This document shows positions 36,268 to 47,692 of a stretch of 64,000 nucleotides of DNA, in pieces; the first letter of the stretch is position 1; the number at the start of each line of letters is the position of its first letter. A program made the translations under genes and the position numbers. Source of the DNA: Cladosporium halotolerans (lineage: Eukaryota); the NCBI RefSeq assembly GCF_011745625.1, contig NW_027191493.1:1-64000 (forward strand), read 5' to 3'. Below the pieces are notes generated by a model, which did no database searches, was not told the DNA's origin, and saw nothing but the letters and a program-made list of their open reading frames with translations.

Positions 36268-38159
36268 ACGCAACCACACTCTTTTTCCCAATCCTAAAGC
36301 AAACGCGTTACGATGGCAGCGGCGCCGCTCTCGATAGAGGACCCAGCGGCTTCAGCCCGCCCTCACTCACACCCCGGGGCGTGCGAGAACTTTTCCCCTT
36401 GTTGTTTTTTTGGCCCCTTTGAACTTTTATCTGGCGGAGCGTGGCGGAGTGAAGGAGGACAAACTGGGGTGTTGACAGAGTTATAAGGGGGCGACTTGTG
36501 TCTTTTTGCGGACAAAAATTCTCAAAGTGATCATCAACCTCTTGTTTGGACTGGTCTCACCCCCACACTCACCACCGACCTCGCTAGCGCACAGCTTTTC
36601 CATCGATACCTTACCTATCTTCACCGTCTGACCAGTCTGACTTGTTCGTTGCTGCCGTGTTTTGTCTGTAGGGAGTGAGTGGGGATTTCGGACGTGTTTT
36701 TTCCTATGAGTTTTGGTTTTGGCGGTCTACCTGGGTACGATTCATGGTCTAGGTCAGGTCTACTTGATGCAGAGGACTAGATTGGAATACATGCTATACT
36801 GCATTAGGTGGCCGCATGCGTTTTCGAGTATGTTCCGCGCTGATCGAGATAGCAACGACCGTCGAGGCCAATTTCCGACGTCTGAGACACTCTCATTTGC
36901 AACAATGCCATAGTCCAGGCAGGTCTCGAGAGGTCGCGTCGGCTTGCCGCGTCCACTGCCGGGCTCGGAGCCCAACGGCTGGATCTGATCTGTTATATAA
37001 CGGTCGAGGGCAGATATAGGGCGAGCTCGGACGGCGTCTGGGGCGTGCGCGCATTGCGAGACCTGCTACTCCCGCAGGCGATCGAGCAGGGGCGCGCTTT
37101 GGTACATAGCTTACTGGGGCTTGATACCGGATGGCGGACACGCCTGCGGGGTGTGTCCTCCATGGGAGAAATACATCTCGCATGACATGGCGTCGTCGAC
37201 TGACGGAGAACCGGACTCTGGCCCAGGCTGAGCCTCGCACTCCGCGAAACTCCAGCCAATGGTCGGCAGCAGTGCCTCCCAGACACTCGTGATGTACTGT
37301 ACATGTTCGCCCGCCGGACCCGACCCAGCGATTGGGCGCGGTGGCGACGATCCGGCGCAGCGCGGGGTTGGCTGGCTGGGTGTGGTCGCGGGTGGCAGAG
37401 GCGCGGTGCTCGCTCTGACAGGCTGGCGCGCAGTCGATGGCGTTCCCTGGACTGAACTGTCGTCTGCTGCTGCCCGTTCTTGGCTGCGCGTGGGTTTCGC
37501 CCTTTCGACGCCGTTCCATCGCCGTCACCCGCCCTCGCCCTCCTCTCTCTCCTCTCCCTCGCCATTATCACCTCCTGCGACCGCGCTCCGCTTCGTCTCC
37601 GTTCGCATCCCGGTTTTCGCTTCCATTGCTTGCTTGCAATTGCACTCGGCGTTCGTGCTGCGAGGAGTCCCGACTTACTTCTGTCCCTGCCGCGTTCCTG
37701 CATTCGGTGTTGCGGTTAAGTCTTTCGGTACGTGACCAGTCCCCCTGCCTTTCTTTGCCCTGCCTGCTTGCCTGCCCGTCGCGTCGACGTCGACGTCGAC
37801 TCGCGCTGCGCTGCCCCAGGGCGCGCGCGCGCAGCACCACCGCCGCCGCCAGCACCACCAACAGGACACCGGGGAGAGGCAGCGGCAGCGGCCAGGCGCA
37901 GGCGCGCGCAGGCCCAGCAGCACCTGTCCCAGCACGCGCGACAATGCCTCTCGCACGGTGGGACCCGGGTGGTCGGGAGGCGATCGCACGCGGCTCAAGA
38001 CATCCTTGTCGGCACATCATCACCGCAGCCCGCGCGCGGCGCGCCATCGCCAGCAGCCTCAGCCAGGCGCACCGGTACGCACTGCGCTCCGCCGGCGCGA
38101 CCACACCCTCCGCCAGGCCAGGCCAGGCCTGAGGCTGTCTGTCGCCCGCCGCGCCCGTG

Positions 38160-38160
<1 letters not shown>

Positions 38161-38194
<34 letters not shown>

Positions 38195-38210
38195 GCCGCC
38201 GCCGTCGCCG
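38161..38210 (+). repeat. (TGC)11 followed by an imperfect (CCG)n microsatellite
   Basis: Directly visible, within the GC-rich region upstream of the NAM8-like gene. Confidence 0.9.
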
Positions 38211-38890
38211 CCCGCCCCGCCCCGCCCCGCCGCGCCCTCCCGCCGCCGCCTCGTGTCTGGCCTCACTGCCTCAGTCCCGCCGCGGAGCCACCCATTGTCC
38301 TGCTCCAGCTCACGGCCCGGTGGTGCCCGCGCGCAGCCAGGCTGCTTCCGCGCTTCAGCGCACACACCTCCGCCTCCCAACTTCGGCTTGCACACGCCTT
38401 GCTACCTTGTCCTACACACTCCCCCGTCCTCCCTCTCGCTGCACCACACGTTGCGACGCTTGGCTCACGCGCGCCGCAGATTCGCCTCCCTTTCGACAGA
38501 CTTGCTTGCTTGCTTCGATTGCGAAACACTGCTCGCCGCTGCTCCGCCCTCTGCGAGTATTGCGACTCACCCTCGTCATCGACTTCAGATTTCCCTTCCG
38601 CGCGACTGCACTTTCACAAGCCGCCGTCCGTGCATCACCTTGCGTCGCTTTACCCGACAGCATCATCAGCTTCGAGCGCGCGTTACATTGAACCAGTCAT
38701 TGCGACTTGACGACCGTCTCCAGCATCCTTACGCTTTACACGTGAGTGCGCGCCCTCTCATCCGAAACATGCGCCTCCCTCGGGCTTGCGTCATCGCACC
38801 CGAGTCCGCGACAATAGTACTGACCGGCGCACACATCCAGGTTTCGAACGACTTCTTCCGATTCACGTTCACCACTCGACCCACGCGAAA

Positions 38891-40251
38891 ATGAGCTTCC
38901 CGAACTTTGGCGAGGCCGGCGCGCAGCCGCAGCCGACTGCACAGGAGCATGGTGGATTCGGCGCGACCGGCGTTCCCGACCAGCAGCAGAACCCGATGGG
39001 CCAGCAGATGGACCAGCCGATGGGTCAGCCTATGGGCCAGCCCATGGACCAAGCGCAGCCGCAAGGCCAGTTCCCCGGTGCCCCGACCGCCGGTACACCT
39101 GGCGCTCCGGGCGCGGCGCCCCAGGAGGGCAAGACTACGCTCTGGTATGTTGCATTGATGGATACGGGTGGAGGACTCGAGGCGCTGACAAAATGTACAG
39201 GATGGGCGAGCTCGAGCCCTGGATTGACGAGAACTTTGTGCGCACCGTCTGGTTCGGCATGGGCTACCAGGTCAACGTCAAGATGATCCGCGACAAGTTC
39301 TCTGGGTACGTGCAGACACCGACCGGATGGAACCAGCAGCAACAGACTGACAACCAAACCAGAAGCAACGCCGGATACTGCTTCGTCGACTTTGAGAGCC
39401 CCGACGCGGCCTCCAAGGCCCTCCAGCTCAACGGCCAGGTCATTCCTAACAGCAACCGCCAGTTCAAGCTCAACTGGGCATCTGGTGGTGGCCTCGCCGA
39501 CCGCAGCCGCGACGACCGTGGCCCCGAATTCTCCATCTTCGTCGGTGACCTCGGCCCCGAGGTCAACGAGTACGTCCTCATGTCGCTCTTCCAGACCAAG
39601 TACAACTCTTGCAAGTCTGCCAAGATCATGACCGACCCGATCAGCGGCCTATCTAGGGGCTACGGCTTCGTTCGTTTCGCCGACGAGGGTGACCAGCAGC
39701 TCGCTCTCCGCGAGATGCAGGGTGTCTACTGCGGCAACAGGCCCATGCGCATCAGCACCGCCACTCCCAAGAACAAGAGCGGCGCCGCTGGAGCTCCTGG
39801 CATGGGCGGCATGCCCGGTGGCCCCAACATGGGCATGTACTCCATGGGCGCCCCGCCCATGGCCGGTTACTACGGTGCTCCCCAGCCGATGAACCAGTTC
39901 ACGGACCCGAACAACACCACCGTCTTCGTCGGCGGCCTTTCCGGCTACGTTACCGAGGACGAGCTCCGTTCTTTCTTCCAGGGCTTCGGCGAGATCACCT
40001 ACGTCAAGATCCCGCCCGGCAAGGGCTGCGGCTTCGTCCAGTTCGTCCAGCGCCACGCCGCCGAGATGGCCATCAATCAGATGCAGGGCTACCCGATCGG
40101 CAACTCGCGCGTGCGCCTGAGCTGGGGCCGCTCGCAGAACAACTCTGGCCCCGCTGGTACCCCTTACCGCCCCGCGCCGCCGCCCCCCGTCTACCCTTCC
40201 ATGGGCATGCCGCCGCACAACCCGTACGGCAACTTCGCTCCGCGCCAGTAG
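38891..40251 (+). CDS. NAM8: Triple-RRM RNA-binding protein, Nam8/Ngr1/Csx1 family (introns 39145-39200, 39306-39362; 5'UTR intron 38742-38840)
   Basis: TTLW|MGELEPWIDE, GYCFVDF, FKLNWA, SIFVGDLGPEV, SRGYGFVRF, DPNNTTVFVGGL, KGCGFVQF, RVRLSWG. Confidence 0.9.
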
Positions 40252-40766
40252 AGCGTGGGTTCCAAGGGGTTGCTTTTCTTGCGTCCGTCCGTCCGTCCTT
40301 CTTGCCTTGAGTGAGGTTGCACTTTAGCGGGAGTTGGTCAAAATCGAAAAGAATCAAAAAGGGGAAACACACATCATCCATCCATCCATCATACTTATTA
40401 CACACACACGCGAACGAAAACACCTTGCTTGCTTGCTTTACCTTGCTCTCCTCCGGACTGTTTGCATGCTTTCAACTCGTCTTTCCACCCACGACTCTCG
40501 ACTACCACGACTTTTCCCTTTTCACATCCTTTCTGCCCCCCACTACTTCTGCTGTTCAGCGTTGCTAGCAACTACGGTACCTGCCTCTCTATTACCCTCA
40601 GCGACGAAAGAACGGAAGGATACGAACGAAGGCTACGAATGGAAATACGACAAGGCTTCTTCTTTCAAGGGTTACTCTTGCTTTACTCTCTCGGTGCGAA
40701 TGCGAATGGGGGATGAATCAACCATAGCTTCTTCTGCTTCTGAAATTCTAAGACTGCTTGGTCTGG

Positions 40767-40905
40767 CTTGGTCTTGGTCTTGGTCTTGGTCTTGGTCTTG
40801 GTCTTGGTCTTCTCGACTGTCTGTCTGGTTTCTGTTTTCGTTCGAGAGGGCATTGACGGATGGGTTGGGCTGGGCTGGGCTGGGCTGGGCTGGGCTGGGC
40901 TGGGC
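40767..40905 (+). repeat. (CTTGGT)~7 and (TGGGC)8 microsatellites in the probable 3'UTR of the NAM8-like gene
   Basis: Directly visible at 40767-40811 and 40866-40905. Confidence 0.9.
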
Positions 40906-42331
40906 TTTTTGGCTTGCGGCTGATCTGTCTTGCCTGCTTTTGGGGTGCTTTCGGGTCGGGGCCGGGGCCTGGGCCTTTGGCCGTGCCCTTTTGTTGTTAT
41001 TCTTCTCCAGAAAGTTTTCCAGTTTGAGACTGAGATTGTTCGAGATTGCTACTAAAATTGTTTTTGTTGCCTTTTTTTTTTTCTCTACTTACTTGCTCGG
41101 TTCTTGCTCGAGCTTCTCAACCTTGTGATTCGTTTTTGTTTGATCGATCGTTGTCTCGGGTTGTCTTCGCGTGGTGTCTTTTTGTCTCTTCTGCGAGAAG
41201 GTCGCTCGCGTGCGCGCTACTTTCGTCCTTTCCGTCCCGGTTTGAGAAAATGCACCGGCGTTCGTTCGTCTGAGTTCCTTGCTACCTGGCGTGACCGTTC
41301 ACTGCTTTTTTGTATTGGACTCCTCGTTGGAGTGGAAGGTGTCCGTGTGTACCATTATCGTCTTTTCGCCTTTGGTGTTTGCTTTGCTGGCTGCGGGTTT
41401 GGTGTTGGTCTGTTGGTGTTTTTTGGGCTAGGAATGGGAGTGTATGACAAAAGTTATTCTTTTTTTCGAAGTGAATGTTCGCGGTGTGATTTTGTCATCG
41501 TGAGGTTGCTGGGTTGGGTTGATTGGGTTGGGTCTGAGAAGTTTGGAGACGGGACTCGACTCGACTCGACTCCAAAGAACCTGAAGAACATGAGAGCCAT
41601 CTTGGTTCGAGAGCTTTTGGTTTTTCCTCACTTGCTTGGTGAATATACAACCATTTTGATTCATCTGTCACTGTCCACGTTGATTTGTCCCAAGTGCGAT
41701 TGATTCGCATTTGTCGTTTTCCTCGCTGACGTGTTAGATCGAGTTTCAGCCCTTGGGACGGAAACTCAATTTGATCTCGCTTTACTTTGCACGTCGTACG
41801 GTATTCGGATTATCAACCTCACATTATATGGCTTTACCGCCTTTCATCTCGGTGATGAGGTCTGGATGACCTAGTTCCAAGGTATTTCGATGCTATTCTC
41901 ATCAAGGAGTAGGGACCCAAGCTGTCGTTCAGCGACTCGACTTTAGTCGACAACCACGCGGTCTGCGAGAAGCAAGAGTTACTCTTTGACACACCATTTT
42001 CTCGTGTATCGACAAGACTAGAATGTCCCACACAAAGGACCGCGGTGTCAGTCAGGCCATTGGAATCGCCGCCGTCAGTGCCTTCCAGCCTTCTCGCAAC
42101 CAGTCACGCGCTCCTTCCTCATGTCTCCGCGAGCGCCTGCCGACCACACACAACACGTCGACTCGTCACTCTTTGATGTATTTCACTCAAACACGCGCTT
42201 CTAGAAACATCCGACGGCGAATTCTTCTCTCCATCGTCACAACACTCACACCTGCGCGCACTCGAACTGCGCCATCAACCATTCTTCACTGAAACAACCG
42301 TCTCCGCATCAACAAAACTCCAGCTGCCGCC

Positions 42332-44339
42332 ATGCGCTACAAAGACTGGGACATCATCATCTACCCGAAAGGCAGCGACGTGCCTTTCCGCGAGTTCAAG
42401 ACCACTTGCTACGCGATCAACTGTGGCGACAAGAGGTTCCTTGGCGAGAACGGTCCGTCGATCGACCCATGGTGCCTTACTGATCGCACTGTCGAGTTGC
42501 TGACATTTCCGAACAGGCACCAATCTGACGCCGCTGGTCACTTGTTTCGTCCCTGCGATTCAAGCCGAAATGCCGTTCACCGTCTCGCTGCACTCGTGGG
42601 TGCCCCCGGTTCATCCTGGGCTGCAGACTTCGTCGGTTGCGGCGTTCCCGGGACAAAAGGCGTTGTGGCAGGTCAAGATTATCGTCGATGGCTTCCCTGT
42701 CTCGTGAGCTCAATGACTTTGACGATATATGTGGGTTCGGAGCGCTGACTGAAGCGAACCGTAGGGTGCAGCTTTATCCGGCTGATTGCTCGTGGCCGCA
42801 GGTGATTTGTGGGTCTCGAATGCTTTTCCAGATATTGAGAAGTCCGTGTTGCTAACCGGATCGCAGCCACCGGTACTACTGTCAACGCCAACGGAATCAC
42901 CACCACGTTGGACCTGAGCTGGCCGAGATGGAACAACAGTATCATCCTGCAGCGCAACTGGGACGCCGCCGCAGCCAATGGCCGCATCAAGGTCGAGCTG
43001 GCGGCTGGGTTCAGTGAGGAGATTGGTGGGCAGAACTTGTTCTCGAAGCTGACGACGATTGTCTCCTTCTCGTTTTTTTCGGTGCCGATCAGTAAGTTGA
43101 ATGACCCGTCTGTCGCATTGACAATGAGACAAGGTTTCAACTGACCTCCTTATTCAGATCATCTCGAGCGCTGTGGCATCGCTTGGCCGAATCCGAACAT
43201 CTTCAACAATCCAGTCACTGTCGAGCCGAAGTATCCCACACTTTTTGCTCAAGAAGCTGGGTACGACCCGAATCACCATGCCCAGTACGGCTCTTATCGT
43301 GGCTACGAATGGACCGCCCATAAGCGCAGTTTCAGCAACGGCAGCATTACGGCATCGTCCCCGTTGCACGGCCTACCAGCACCGCCGCCAACCACTCCGG
43401 TCTGGAGTGCCCACAACAGCTCTTCAGTCAAGGCCAAGCCGATGCCGTGCATCTGGGTCAATGGCGAACTCGTGCCTGATCCGGACGCTCTGTCGGATTA
43501 TAGCGAGTCTCCTGGCGCCTTTGGAAGCTCTCCGACCAAATCTGCACCTCGCAACAGAAAGAGCCAACTCGAGGTCCGTTTGCCTAGCGACCAGCTTCAA
43601 CAATTGATTCATGCCATCAACACGCCTCAGAATCAGGAGACGCAGACTATGACTCCTGGCCAAGCCATGCCGCCGCCTCCGTTACCCGCTCACGCACGTG
43701 CAGCCAAAGCCGGGTCGATGAGCCATGTGGCTCAGTCCAGTCCCGATCATGTCGGACAGCACGCCGCCGGTTTCAACAGTCACCAGTCGACTCCTCGCGA
43801 CGAATCTCGTGGCTCGGATGTCAGCATGCACGCCGGCTGTACCTATTTCCCAAACTGTACGACGGAAGACGACTGCGGTCATGTCATTCACAGCAGCCCT
43901 GCTGTTACGCCGTCCCTGATCTTGGGAAAGAAGGAGGGTTCTTCGCCGGCCAAACGTAAGGTTTCTCTTGACCATACCGTCGCTCCGTCCATCTTCGCTG
44001 ACAATGTTTACAGCGCGCGACTTCATGTCCACGATCCTTGGTCCGCAAGACCAGCAGATGACCACGCCCGCAGAGAAGTCTTTCGCGATGTCATCGTCTA
44101 GTCCCGCCGAAACTCCCGGCCGCAAGCGTACTCGTGCTACGCTTAAGGCTCTTTCTCTCAACGATGGGTCTCCGGAGAAGAAAGAAGCCATCGCTCGCAA
44201 GCCGGCTCGTAAGGTCAGCAGGTCTTCTTCCAATGGCTCCAAGAATGGAAAGAATGACGGCCTCTTCGGAGCCGAACTCAAGGCCCTTGTGGCTGATGAC
44301 GATGAGGACAAGGAGAACCAGATGTGCGTTGACTTGTGA
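42332..44339 (+). CDS. Conserved-looking fungal hypothetical protein, multi-exon
   Basis: MRYKDWDIIIYP..FREFKTTC; intron ~42453-42518 gives TPLVTCFVP..PFTVSLHSW; later ILQRNWDAAAANGRIKVEL..FSFFSVP; last intron ~43956-44013. Internal exon boundaries only partly resolved. Confidence 0.75.
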
Positions 44340-45032
44340 TGGCTTTGTGCGGCTTGACACTCCTGTCAAGCGAGTGCTTTTGTTTGCTATTCCTGATCCG
44401 CTTGCGGCTTGCTAATTGTTGCTACTACTAATGGCGGACGAGTTGCCAATACTCTGGTGCGAGAATGGCGTTGGAGGCTCAAGGGGATGGCTTGTGATAC
44501 CCTTACGATACGAAATCGAACGAGGCTTTTGTTGCTACTTTGTTGTACATGTCCTCGCCTTTTCCATTCCATCTTTCTTCCAGGAACGCTCATTCTTCAC
44601 CGAGGACCTTCTCCACTCTGACCTACTCGGTGGCGGATAGTGACTGCACGTGGGGTCGGGAGACCGAGCAAGCTTCTCTCCCATTCTGTCTCGTCTACAC
44701 GCCAGTGCCCTCGATGCTTTTGTAGTGCTTGAAGCAGTCCCCCGGCAACCCAGCCAACCAAGCCAGTTCCTAATCGAGCGGAACGATTGGAGCTCGAGGC
44801 CGAGGCTTCGCTCGCTCAGCAACTCGCTCCGGCCATTTGGCCTCTCAAATGGAAATGCGGCTTTCACAGGCTCTGCTGAAAGTCATGCAAGCTTGCAACG
44901 AAATCCAGGCAGTGGGCGCGATTCTTTGGCTCGGCTCAAAACGAAGTCAACGTCTTCATGCCGAAGAACATAGCTTTCGTCCACATTGACGCGTCGATGG
45001 CGAAGAACTCGTCTATCGTAGCCACCAGGCCC

Positions 45033-45767
45033 TCAGACCTCCTTGGTTGCCTTGAACCCAATATTGCCCTCCTCTTTCAATCCCCACTTGTTCAAATCCT
45101 GCGACCCCAACAGCCTCCTCCTCAAACTCACCTCGCAGCTCTTCCTTCCATTCTTCACCTTCTTCAACCCATCATCATCAATGTCGAAATACAGCGCCCA
45201 CCCTTTCCCCTCGCCCTCAAAAATCGCAACAAACCCCTCCCACTCCTCAAACGTCACCGCACTCTCCTCGTTCACAGCGTCCTCCGCCGTCCAGTCAAAG
45301 CTCCCCACATGGTGCGCTATGCTCCCGCTCCGGCTCGCGTACTTCAACTCAAGCGTGTCCTTGTCAATGTACACCCAGTTCAGCACCGGCGGATCCCGCG
45401 AGATCGTGCTCACCAGACCCCTCGTGTACGGCCTGTCGCTGTCGGGATACGCGACGTAGAAGCCCGTGAAGGGGTGCGATTTCTCGTCCGCCGGCTGGCC
45501 TGTTTCGTGGTCCTGCGGCTCGAGCCAGAGCTTGTCGTCGCGCAGCGTCACGATGCGGTTCGCGAGTTTCGCCGCGGGCGACTTGGAGCGCGAGGTGCGC
45601 GCGTCGAGGTGCACGTCGAGGTGGAACTTGAGCATGCGCGATTGGTTGCTGCTGTCTTCGTTTTGCCGGCGTTGTTCGGCGACGCCTTGCGCGACGCCGG
45701 TTACGGTGCCGATTGCGGTGGTGGAGACGACGGGGAGGGCGATGCCCAGGCCCATGATCATTTCCAT
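45033..45767 (-). CDS. Hypothetical fungal protein (244 aa)
   Basis: Strongly biased codon usage, ACCATGG start context, globular-looking motifs HPFTGFYVAYP, GLVSTISRDPPVLNWVYIDKDT and WEGFVAI. Confidence 0.8.
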   Translation of the reverse strand: MEMIMGLGIALPVVSTTAIGTVTGVAQGVAEQRRQNEDSSNQSRMLKFHLDVHLDARTSRSKSPAAKLANRIVTLRDDKLWLEPQDHETGQPADEKSHPFTGFYVAYPDSDRPYTRGLVSTISRDPPVLNWVYIDKDTLELKYASRSGSIAHHVGSFDWTAEDAVNEESAVTFEEWEGFVAIFEGEGKGWALYFDIDDDGLKKVKNGRKSCEVSLRRRLLGSQDLNKWGLKEEGNIGFKATKEV

Positions 45768-46758
45768 GGTTGCGGTTTGGGTTTGGTGGTGGGTTTGTTG
45801 GATTTGGTGGTATCCGTGTTGTAAGGTGGTGTAGGCACGGTTGAAGGTGATAGAGGAAAATTTAACGGTATCGCCTACCTCTTGGAGTATGCTGCTATTC
45901 TTCTAGTAGATGTGGAAGCATTGGAAACTTGGAGTTGGTTTGCGTTTGGTACTGCGGGGTTGGAGGAACGTCATCATGGTGTGTAACGTCTTCGCACCTG
46001 ACGAGACCATTCAGCAGTGGTGTGCATGTGTGTCTTGGGAAGAACGAAGCATCACGTGAGTGCCCAGTACTGGTTGCATCTCTGCGACTTGTTTCTCGTG
46101 TCCGGCTTGTAGTATCGTCAAAGCAACAGTCGTCGTCTCATCATCCTCCGCCACGACCGAAGTCCGAAAGCTCCAGGAATAGCAGCGCCAGGTCCGGCCC
46201 AGTGACACCGCAGGCGTGCTCACATATCCCCACAACCACGGTAGAGCTCGATGATCGTCCCCTTCTTCGCCGCTTACGCAGGAACAACCAAACCCGCCGC
46301 CATCAAGGGTCTGGCGAGAGCAAGATAGCCTTCTCGCCCTCATAAAGCTGCGTGCCAACATGCTTCAGCCGCAAAGCACTGAGTGTCAGCATCATTCCTG
46401 CTGCAATCCGAGACGCCTCGCGCCCCTCGGCCTCACGAAAGCAGCGAACAACGGTCCGGCCCCGCTCTGTTGCCCCCCCCACCTCCTCCAAGCTGGACAG
46501 TCGACGCAGCCATTGTCCGACGCGAGTGCATGTACACCGTGTGCTGCGCCAATGGCTGCGCGGCCGAGCGTTGGCCTCTTAGCTGAGGCGTGATAATACA
46601 AGTATCCTGCCGTGACCGCTGCTTTGGATTTGTGGTTGATCTCCCTGTGTTCTTTTGACTCGACTCTCTTTCTTCTTGCTATCACTGCTACTGCTAGTGC
46701 TTGATTGTTTATACCATTCCAAAAGCCAAACGCAAAAAGAAAGATCATAGCATACATC

Positions 46759-47565
46759 ATGGCGGACCAGACTCAGCTTGAGCCCGTGAAGCTCATTTCT
46801 TGCGATGGTGAGTTGATACCACTGGAAGGGGAGTGGCGGTCTGGCTTGTTGGGACGACAAGAAGATAGCTTTGGTGCTTTTTGTTCACGAGCAAGTACTT
46901 TGCGCGATACGCGGAATTGGCATTTGTTTCTCAAAACGGGCTTGAAAAGCTTGAAGGCTTGCGCCAATACTGCTCGCAAAGCGACTCCAACACCAGACTG
47001 CCAGCCATTCCAAAATCCCACCATCGCCCAAACCACAAAATGCTAACCTTCGTGTCCCACAGACATGCAAGGCTGCATGGCCGCCTGCTACGAGTGGGCC
47101 TGCTCCTACGACACCAAGGACTGGTCTCGCCTCTCCAAGTGCATTGCGCCCACGCTCCGCATCGACTACCGCTCCTTCCTCAACAAGATCTGGGAGGCGA
47201 TGCCCGCCGACGAGTTCGTCACCATGGCCTCCGACCCCAACGTGCTCGGCGACAAGACCCTCATGACCCAGCACTTCATCGGCGGCACCAAGTGGGAGAA
47301 GGTCTCCGACGACGAGATCATCGGCTACCACCAGCTGCGCGTGCCCCACCAGAAGTACACCGACGAGAGCCGCGCCCACGTCGCCGTCAAGGGCCACGCG
47401 CACAGCTACAACACCCACTGGTACAAGAAGGTCAATGGCGTGTGGAAGTTCGCCGGCCTCAACCCGGATATCAGGTGGTACGAGTACGACTTCGACAAGG
47501 TCTTCGCTAGCGGTAGGGACAGCTTCGGCGAGGCCAAGCAGGCTGCTGGTGTCCCGCCTTCTTAA
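46759..47565 (+). CDS. SCD1: Scytalone dehydratase (DHN-melanin pathway), intron 46808-47062
   Basis: [59 protein letters not shown]. Confidence 0.96.
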
Positions 47566-47692
47566 GGAGGTAGGAGGCAAGGGAAGGAGGATGGCACATC
47601 CTTTGACGGCCTTTGATGACCAAGATAACTTATGAATAAAACAAATGTTCAAAAACACCTTTACGATGACACCAAGGGTCAGGCGACCTATG

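Noticed and set aside
40334..41703. Hydrophobic 264-aa and 199-aa ORFs
   Set aside because: Products of T-rich UTR sequence and microsatellites (WSWS, WAGLG repeats), with non-ATG starts.
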